A stretch of DNA of 45,478 bases, taken from Jimgerdemannia flammicorona (Eukaryota). The stretch is taken from assembly GCA_003990765.1 (NCBI GenBank), contig RBNJ01000060.1, positions 1 to 45,478 of the forward strand. Reading direction: 5' to 3'. Made by a program: the position numbers and the translations under genes. Below, one piece after another: positions 37,287 to 45,478 of this stretch (position 1 is its first letter; every line of letters begins with the position of its first letter). The notes beneath the pieces were generated by a model. It ran no database searches and was not told where the DNA came from. It was given only the letters and a program-made list of their open reading frames with translations.

Positions 37287-38537
37287 TATAATATACCTGG
37301 CTCAATGGAGACAAATTACAAGATTGGGGGTTGTGCTAGTTTGGCTTGAGCCCTCAGTTACTTTGTTAAAAGTAACAAAATATTCTAAGATTCCTTGGGT
37401 CCTTATTGGTGTTTAGTAGTATAATAGTCAAAGCTAGATATCTATGAGCAGTTCTGGCAATTTTCTTATTGAGACAGATTTTTGGATATAGTGGCAATTT
37501 GTATATATAGTAGATGATCTCTATATAGTATAATTATCTCTATATAATACAGTAGGTTTTTTATATATAATGATCTGGCAATTTGGTGGTTTCTTTATAC
37601 AATTTCTATATGACAATCTTATATAACATAATAATCTCCAAAAGTATGTAATTTCTAATAGATAACTTGATTTGGCACAAGTTCACTGGAAATAGAGAGT
37701 GGTATAGATTCCTTCTAAATTAGCAGCTCATTGGGAATGGGTGAATAACTCAGATGATATGAATGGTTTGGATAACTTGGATAACTCAGATATTATAAAT
37801 TCTTCTAGAATCAGGCTTACTGGGAATAATAACTTGGTGGTTCTCCAGCAGATAATTTAGGTGGTATAGATTATTCTGAATTAGCTTACTGGAAATTGTA
37901 CTGATGACAGATTCTTTCTGAATCAGTGGCTCTCTAGAAATACAAATAACTTGAAAGTGACAGACTTTTTAAATAACTCAGATTCTCTTCTCTTGGCAAA
38001 GTTACATTAAGCTGGCTTTGTTTGTATAAATAAGTTTACTGTGAAGTTATATCAATAGACTGGCTTTATGCAAGATGACAGACTTCTCTTAAAAACAGTG
38101 GCTTATTTCTTAAGTGACAGAATAGTAGCAAAGTTCTTCTTTGAACTTTGGCAGCAAATCTTCAGACTTATCTGATAAGTGAACTAAGGCTTTGTATTAG
38201 AAAGTAGACTGGAGTGAAAAGAGGACTAATACTCAATCTTTAAAGGCTTTTTTGATATTTATATTTTAGACTGAGGTTTATTCACTCTTATCTCTGAGAT
38301 ATTTTATATAGTTGGGATTACTACTGGTTACTATATTGCTAACTATAGAATGCTAACTATGGCAAGTATTTCTTAAGGGTATAGTGTATCTGGAGGATAT
38401 AGGTAAATATACTATTTCTAATATCTCTGGCTAAATATACAAGTTGGTGCAGTAAAGCAGTCTTGGTTACTTAGTGTACTAGATATAATATATGGCTAAT
38501 TTATGATTTTAGTAGTGCAATTCTGTTACTCATCATA
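37287..38537 (-). repeat. 5' LTR of element C
   Basis: Direct repeat of 28484-29778. Terminal TG/CA have decayed to TA/TA. PBS adjacent. Confidence 0.92.
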
Positions 38538-39127
38538 ATAGATATATTTAGTATACTATATTTGGCTATAGTCTTAATCTATATAAATATTCTCTATACT
38601 AAGTATAGTATAATCTCAACTTTACTTTTTTCTCTCAAGAATAAAGAAATATTCTTCTCAAAGAGTTCTTCAATCTGACTTGTTAATAATTCTGAGTCTA
38701 ATTAACTTAGAATATAAGTATAGTATCTCTATTCAGTTTAAGACTCTAAAAGTAATACTTAGACTATATTTTAGTAATAGAACTTAAAACTTTCTAAGAA
38801 CTTAGAATCTAGAGCTAATAGTCTATCTGGATTATCTGTAATATATATTAATCTTATTAGTATATAGTTTTATTATATTAATTTTTTATATAGATTTTTT
38901 TTTAAATAATTAATAAAAGTTAAGTAATAAATTTAATAAATATAGTTAATTTTAAATTTTATTTTTATTTTAATATTTTATATAATATTTTAATTTAGTT
39001 CAGTTAATTAGTTATTCTATTTTCTTAATTTTTTTTTTATTTTTTTTATAATATTCTGTATTTTATAAATAGTTAAAACTCTTTTCTTAGTATTAAGCTA
39101 TAGCTAAAATTAGTGCTCCGAATGAAT

Positions 39128-39280
39128 GGAGTTGATCCGGATGAGATTCGATTCAGATTCGTCATGTGATGGATTCGAATCAACTCGGATTGGTCTCGTG
39201 ATCTGATCCGGATTGATCCAGATTGATCCGGATTGATCCATCCGGATTGACCCATCCGGATTGATCCATTCAGATTGAAA
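39128..39280. repeat. Left subterminal repeat array of the hAT
   Basis: Many gatccggatt / gattcgaatc variants. Confidence 0.85.
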
Positions 39281-39479
39281 TCTTTGGTGATGTCACCCTT
39301 TCTTTTGTTCATTTCGCTCTTGTTTTTTTTTTCTGCTACACTTTGGTGACATCACCCTTTCCTTTGTTCCCTTCTTTTCTTTGTTCTTTTTCTTTGTTCT
39401 TTCCTGCCGCATCATAAGCAAACAAAACAGCAGCCCTAAATTCGTACGTTGGTCCAGTCTACTCATTTTTTACCCTGCA

Positions 39480-41539
39480 ATGATCGTCAAAAGAGGGAGT
39501 ATTCGAGGTGGAAATACACTCTCTGCTGACAATGTTAGATTCTTTCTCATATTGACAGCACACAAGCTGCTCATCGAGAGCCAAAGGGGTGATGGCAGTG
39601 GCAGTGGTGGTGGTGATGGCGATGGCGATGGCGGAGATGAGGGAGAATTCCAGCAACAACTCACAGCGGCCCTTCGGACCTCGGAATTCACAGACCTCAC
39701 AGCTATGTATGCGGCAGCCTTTTTGGAGCAGCCGATAGTAGATGTAGGTTGCTCACTCGGCCACTACTTGTTTACTTGTATTTATTTATTTAAACTTTCC
39801 CAGTATGACCCAATTTACCTCGTGCTTTTCTCAGGATCCACAGCTCTATGGTGAGATCTGCCGACTTTATTCGCAACATCTGGTCAAGATGAAGAAAGGC
39901 TGGCGGATGTTGCGGGGCATGCCTTTGGTGGCTGAGCTATTGAGTCAATGCATCGCATGGCGGAGGTCTTAAAAGGAACAGAAGTAAGCCTTCATGAGCA
40001 ATTCTTGTGCAACTCGTGCAACTCGTCGGCGTGCAACTCATCGGCATACAACTTGTCAGTATGTAGCTCACTCACTCGTGCTCTTTTTCTGAAATACCCA
40101 TCTCCGTGTTTTATTTAATTTCATTTTTACGTGGTCTCCCCCTAAAAAACACCCACACCCGACGCAACCTGCACACAACCCATCCACACACAACCCGCCC
40201 ACCCACATGCAGCCCGCCCGCACGCAACCCGCCCGCAACCCGCCCGCATACAACCTGCCTGCATGCAACCCATCCGCATACTTATCTCGGTCCCTCAGAT
40301 CAGGGTTCAGTTCTAGTGGAAAGGAGAGTTCAAAGTTACCCGAGTTCAACCACGTCCGGTGTCTGATCAAATAGAGAAATTCGAGGGCAAGATATTCAGC
40401 ATGAGTAGTACCAGCATCGTCATCAAGGCTTGGGGGTCTATATTCAAATCAGAGCCAATCGTACACAACCAAGGGGTCCATTGGCCAGCAGGAGTAACCA
40501 ACGACGAAGAGAACTATATCTTTATTAACGAATGTGGAGAGGTGGTTGCGATGGTGGTAAGGAACCTCTACGGCGACAAGCTTCACCGCCACATCAACGA
40601 GATTTGCGAGGATTGCATCAAATACTGGGTGGCAGGGAAGAGGGGGCGAAAAAAGCAAGGAGGGGGGGTTTGGATGAGAATTGGGTATACTGCAACACTG
40701 GCAAAGGGTGGGTTCCAAAATCCCCTGCACTCGTCTCCCTTTTTTTTTAACCCCTCCCCAGATAAATCACACTCTTCGCCAACATACTCTTTTTGATACA
40801 ATTCCAGAGATGCACAAGATTCTGTACCCCTACTGGAACTTTAGAAGTGCCGTCGAAGAGCAAACTATGCGCAAGCATGACACGGCCTGTGCGGCAATGG
40901 CGGCTATGATCTGGGGTTCTTTGAGCAGATTGGTAGAGCGTACGGCAGGCCAGCTTGGTGGTGATCTCAGCACGGCTGTACATATGTTCTTGGTGCAATT
41001 TAGCTTGCCGTATGAGGTGAGGAGCTCCGCTTTTTTGGGGTGCTGCAGCCTGGGGGTTTTCTGCGGCCCGGGGGGTTTCTGCCCCCCAAACGCAAAAAGG
41101 ACTGACCGGTTGCCATTCGTTTTGGCAGGTTTCCAAGCTGGGGCTCCCGGGGCTGGACCAAGGGCAGGCATCCACCAGCACAGCCTGGCAGTATGAGGTC
41201 CTGGGCCAAGGGTTCACCCAACCATATGCTCGCATCACATCAGGATATGTCAGGTGCAACCTTTCTCTGCCCACACACACAGACAACAACATCACCCCAG
41301 TAATGTTTTACATCCCGGAAAGGAAGGGCCCAACCTGGGAGGACAGCGGCAGAGTCTAGTACAACCTCACCTACGGTTTTGGGGTCCCATTTGTGGCCAA
41401 CATGGCTGTCCTATTCCAACCACACGACCACCACGGTACTGTTGCCTTCAAGGAGAGCTCGGATATAACAGTCGTCACACTCACAATGGATGACAGGCTC
41501 ATCAAGGCCTGGGACCGGCAGGTGGAGCAGTTTTTGTGA
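39480..41539 (+). pseudogene. Intron-containing cargo gene; C-terminal Fe(II) dioxygenase (DSBH) domain, TET/JBP-like
   Basis: GT-AG introns at 39744-39803, 39984-40298 (or 40316), 40708-40761 and 41017-41128 (branch site actgac at 41101). Last exon 41129-41539 reads ...GYVRCNLSLPTHTDNNITPVMFYIPERKGPTWEDSGRV*YNLTYGFGVPFVANMAVLFQPHDHHGTVAFKESSDITVVTLTMDDRLIKAW..., with HxD at 41276-41284 and distal HGT at 41432-41440. Stops at 39852, 39933 and 41357, plus one frameshift near 40650-40795. The first exon is uncertain. Confidence 0.6.
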
Positions 41540-41770
41540 GGGTTAGGCAATCTTTCGTAAGGGTTAGGCAGCCATTTTGTGTGGGTTGGGCAGTCTTATG
41601 TGGGGGGGTTGGGCCGGGTGCCTCTTATGTAGCACTAGCTTAGCCATTATGCAGGGCCCTACCGGCCCCTCGGCCCTGCTCTGTAGTGCTGCCAGTGCGG
41701 TGCTGCGGCACAGGGCCGGGGTGCCCATGGGACCCGAACCGGCGACTTCGACCGCTGGAAATGCCCTCTG

Positions 41771-41830
41771 ACCGCCAGAAGCACCCTCCGACCGCCAGAA
41801 GCACCCTCCAACCACCAGAAGCACCCTCCC
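41771..41830 (+). repeat. 3 x 20-bp tandem repeat
   Basis: accgccagaagcaccctccN repeated three times. Confidence 0.9.
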
Positions 41831-41882
41831 TCTGCCTGCCCCACCTGCCAACCGACCCCGCCCACTGACCCAGATGCTGACA

Positions 41883-42080
41883 GCTTGGGGCTGCCCCTTG
41901 CTGCTGGCGGAGGGCCGCAAATTTTGCGCACTCCCTCTGCCTCCCCCCCTGACCCGGACACTTGCGGCTTAGGGCTGCCCCTTACTGCCGGCAGAGGGCC
42001 GCAAATTTTGCGTGCTCCCTCCGCCAACCTGCCCACCGACCCGCCCACCGACTCAGGTACTGGCAGCTTGGGGCTGCCAA
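41883..42080 (+). repeat. Imperfect GC-rich direct repeats between the two convergent genes
   Basis: gcttggggctgccccttgctgctggcggagggccgcaaattttgcg at 41883 and 41967, with a partial third copy at 42067. Confidence 0.8.
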
Positions 42081-42201
42081 CCCCGCCCCACTTTGGCCGC
42101 AAACTCCGGGCTGAGTCCTCAGGTTTTTTTCCTTTTTATTAATTTGAAAGGTATTAAATATTCCACAAGGCCAACCAACTTATCCGCGGACCTGCCAAAT
42201 T

Positions 42202-44791
42202 TTAGCAGCCTGAGCCCCACCAAGACTTCAGACACATACATACCCAGATTGTCTCAGCATTCAGCGCACACCTCTTTGGGGCAATGAGGTCCACCCCACC
42301 TGAGAACACCCGCTCGACGGGAGCACTGGAGGCAGGAATCACCAGGTAGTCCCGAGCCATACCACACAGGCTGGGGAAGTCCATTTGATGCAGCTGCATG
42401 CCCCGGTGGGTAGAGTAGAGCAGTGGTTAGATTGGTGGGTTAAATTGGCCCAACACCCGCCAGACAACCCACCTTCCACCAGTTGAGTACCTCCGTGCTC
42501 TCCAGCAGGACCATGCAGTCGCTGGCGAGGTAAATGGTAAGTTTGTCTATTGATGGCAGCTCTTCCACTGATGGCTCCCTCTTCCTCTTTCTGCCGAAGT
42601 AAATGTGGGACAGGAGGGATCCCTTGGCATATTCGTCCGGACTTCGGCCAGAACCTTGCGGCGGTGTGTAGTTTTTCCGGTACACTTCAATTATGGTCTG
42701 CTTGGTTCTCTCAATGAAGTGCTGCTCCTAGCCCTGATCTTTATAGTATTGTAGCTTTAAGTGTGGGTCCAGCACTGTTCGAAGAAAAGGAGAGTGAGTT
42801 TTTGCGGAGTTTCCTCTGTTTTGGAAGGGGCAACGGCTACACGCCGACATTGACATACCTGTACTGATTGAGTATATGGCGGTATCTGTTTGGGTATAGT
42901 ATTTTCTAAGCTTGCTTAGAGCAACCACCATGGCATCTCTCTGATCCAGGCTTAACCGTAAATCACTGCAACCCTCCAGCCTGTCCTCGAGCTTGTCCTC
43001 TAGCCAGTCAATCAGAAGGTTGTATACCGGTATCACAGAGCTTATTGTCGGGGTTGTTTGTTTGACTATATCCTTCATACAATTGTCGAAACACTGGCAG
43101 TTATATGTGGTGAGGTGTTGCACTGTGCGAAGGCAGACAAAATGAGTGTGGAGCCAGGGCAACCACCACTTACTTCCAAAACTCTGACAATATTCCTAAG
43201 TACGTCCCACTCGCTTTCACTTAGAGCCTCGGCCCATATTTCCTTGTCGGCAGCCATCGTTGAATCTATTGGCTTTTTTTTTTTTTTTTAAAATAAAAAT
43301 AAATCTTCCATCATCCAAAACAGTTGCTTCAGCCGACCAAAGAAAAAAAGGATGCATACCACAGCAAACTCCAGCATGTACTGGATCATTGCAAATGTTG
43401 AGTTCCAACGCGTACAGACGTCCAATATAAGCTCTTTCGGGGCTAAACTGATTGCCCTACACTGCGCAGCGAATTTGTCTCGTCATTGTGGGGATGATCG
43501 GACCGACACAACCAGTTTGCGCAGCTTGGAAATTATACTCAGGGCCCCTCCTCTCTCGGATGTTTTGTCTACGTGCGTAAGATAGTCCTGAACAGCGAGG
43601 TTCAGTATGTGGGCCTGGCATCGCACACGGCAGCTTTCTGCACTGAAGGCTATGTTTTCCTGTTTGAGGCTGGCCGCTAAACCTTGGAAAAATGTTGAGT
43701 TATTTGTGGCATTATCCGTCATAATGGCCAAAATCTGTACTTGAAATATTTGGTTGACAAATTTATGTGAAAATAAGTAACCAATAAAATCTGGTTTGGT
43801 TTAGGACCTCCCTCAAAATGCCGACCTGACAGCAAGCCCTCCTTTTTTACCTTGGTGGTGATCCCAAACTCCTGGATACAACTAATAAAAGCATCTGCGA
43901 TGTTGTCTCCAGAATGAGGACCAGCAAGTTTGACGAAGTCAAGGGTGAGAGATTTAAGCTGCCAATCGAGGTCAATCCAATGACCAGTAATGCCCAGAAA
44001 TGAAATTGCATTGGGGGATGTCCATGTGTCGATCATAAACAAAATTTTACCTGCCGAATTCTGCTTATTGAATGTGAGGTTAAATTGGTGAGCTCTTTTG
44101 TATAATTCAGCTTGCAAAGGTCATGGTGCCGCCCTTATTTTACCTGAAGTATCTGGCAGAGATTGTCATGCTCCTTCCTATAGGCCTCCAGGACATCTTT
44201 ACAAATAGTATCGGCACTTGGCAAATATAAATCATGCTTGAGGAGGCCAAAGATGCTATACAATTGATCACTCTCGATGGTTGTAAATGGCTGGTCTGTG
44301 CACACAATCCAGCAAATGAGCCGATTTCGAAATTCTGCTAAAGAGTATGGCTAAAATTTTTGATTAAATGGCGTTGTTGGTACAGAAATGGTCAGGCAAT
44401 CGGATAAACGTACCCACCACAGCTTGGATGTCGATTTTATTTATTTCCATATTCTTTTTGATTTTGTCAGAGTGCTTGTCTTTTATGTGTCAATTCATGT
44501 TCGAAGTCGTACCCCCAAGCATTTTGAACTTCTGGCTGGTGCAGTTCATGGGAGTGGATGAAACAATATCATGTATGTGTCAAACAATATCATGTATGTG
44601 TCAAAACAAAGTGTCAATAGGTGCATCTTAATTTTTTATCTGCAATAATTACAAACAACATCATCTCCTATCTTAGTACAATGTTGCCAGATTTCAGAGT
44701 GAGGATTGCATGGAAGGTATGGAACTATCAGGGATGTTTGACTTGAAGCATCATCGGTACTGTGAACTGTTGAAGACTGATCTGTCGACAT
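42202..44791 (-). pseudogene. hAT transposase (BED finger, DDE core, C-terminal dimerisation domain), multi-exon
   Basis: ATG at 44791. BED finger SEIWQHC...VCNYC...GTTSNMN*HIKDKH; DQPFTTIES; IDTWTSPN..FLGITGHWID; HSGDNIA; TDNATNN; RCQAHILNL; LDVCTRWNSTFAM; LDPHLK; WWK..FPSLCGMARDYLVIPASSAPVERVFS. CGA->TGA-type stops at 44490 and 43483. Confidence 0.95.
44561..44602. repeat. Perfect 21-bp tandem duplication in a probable transposase intron
   Basis: aaacaatatcatgtatgtgtc occurs twice in tandem. Confidence 0.9.
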
Positions 44792-44885
44792 GTGTGTTTG
44801 CATGTTTGCGTGTGCATATGTATGCGTGTGTGTGTATGCGTGTGTGTGTGTTGTGTTGTGGACGCATCCAGCATATGAGTCATGT

Positions 44886-45300
44886 GGAGGATTTGGATTG
44901 GAGGATTCGGTTGAAGGATTCAGATGAGGATTCGGATTGAAGGATTCGAATTGGAGGATTTGAATTGGAGGATTCGAATTGGAGGATTTGAATTGAGTGA
45001 TTCGGATTGAGTGATTCAGATTGAGTGATTCAGATTGAGTGATTCAGATTGAGTGGTTCAGATTGGAGTGGTTCGGATGGGTGATTCGGATGGGTGATTC
45101 GGATGGGGTGATTCAGATGGGGTGATTCGGATTGAGTGATTCGGACTGAGTGATTTAGATTGGAGTGGTTTGGATGGGTGATTCGGATGGGGTGATTTGG
45201 ATGGGGCGATTCGGATTAAATCCGAGTTGATCCAGATGGCTTCGGATTTGAGATTCGAATCAAACTGTCATGTGATGAATCAAATCCAGATTTGATTCAA
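44886..45300. repeat. Right subterminal repeat array of the hAT
   Basis: Long array of 14-15-bp units (gattcggattgagt, gattcggatgggt, ggaggattcgaatt). Confidence 0.9.
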
Positions 45301-45433
45301 ATTGACTTGTTCGGAGCACTAGCTAAAATACTTTTATATTTTTTTAATACTAAATATCTTATCTTAACTAGTTATAAAATCTATAAAATATTATAGAACT
45401 TACTTAATTATTTTTAGTTTAAACTTTATTTTA

Positions 45434-45471
<38 letters not shown>

Positions 45472-45478
45472 TTTTTTT

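Larger units (their letters stand above)
28484..38537 (-). mobile_element. Ty3/Gypsy LTR retrotransposon C (complete, strongly degenerate; ~1.25-1.3-kb LTRs)
   Basis: LTRs at 28484-29778 and 37287-38537. Probable TSD ataa/atag. PBS TGGGGGCACAACTGAG on the minus strand at ~37269-37284, resembling a tRNA-Pro PBS. Order gag-PR-dUTPase-RT-RH-IN. Confidence 0.93.
39111..45321 (-). mobile_element. hAT-superfamily DNA transposon (6211 bp) with transposase and a cargo gene
   Basis: Perfect 12-bp TIR tagtgctccgaa / ttcggagcacta. Perfect 8-bp TSD gctaaaat at 39103-39110 and 45322-45329. Subterminal repeats at both ends and a hAT transposase inside. Sharp GC/CpG boundary against the AT-rich flanks. Confidence 0.97.

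Noticed and set aside
40747-41295. 182-aa minus-strand ORF
   Set aside because: It lies antisense to the spliced plus-strand cargo gene and reads across its introns. The plus strand has the splice signals and motifs.
41564-42287. Several overlapping GC-rich ORFs between the cargo gene and the transposase
   Set aside because: They arise from GC-rich direct repeats that lack stop codons, with no domain-like sequence.
44886-45300. Regular short-unit array resembling a CRISPR array or telomeric repeat
   Set aside because: There are no unique spacers and no cas genes. The units are degenerate and sit just inside a TIR, as expected for hAT subterminal repeats.

Overview
This window is a eukaryotic, probably fungal, cluster of nested transposons with no intact host gene. 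Left to right: (1) a 5'-truncated LTR carrying a palindromic hAT-type MITE; (2) a very decayed Plavaka-type transposase split by a full-length L1-like LINE with poly(A) tail and ~17-bp TSD; (3) three complete but pseudogenised Ty3/Gypsy retrotransposons (A +, B -, C -), each with a dUTPase between protease and RT, plus an older relic of the C family; (4) a 6.2-kb hAT DNA transposon with 12-bp TIRs and an 8-bp TSD. Two things stand out. First, the hAT element carries a second, convergent, intron-containing gene whose last exon has an HxD...H double-stranded beta-helix signature resembling TET/JBP-type Fe(II) dioxygenases, a candidate methylcytosine-modifying cargo. Second, all three Gypsy elements share an uncharacterised accessory ORF, placed 3' of integrase in B and C but inside the LTR (U3) in A. 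The older elements show heavy C->T/G->A decay and CpG loss, whereas the hAT and its MITE keep many CpGs. All protein family calls come from manual translation and motif recognition, not from database searches.
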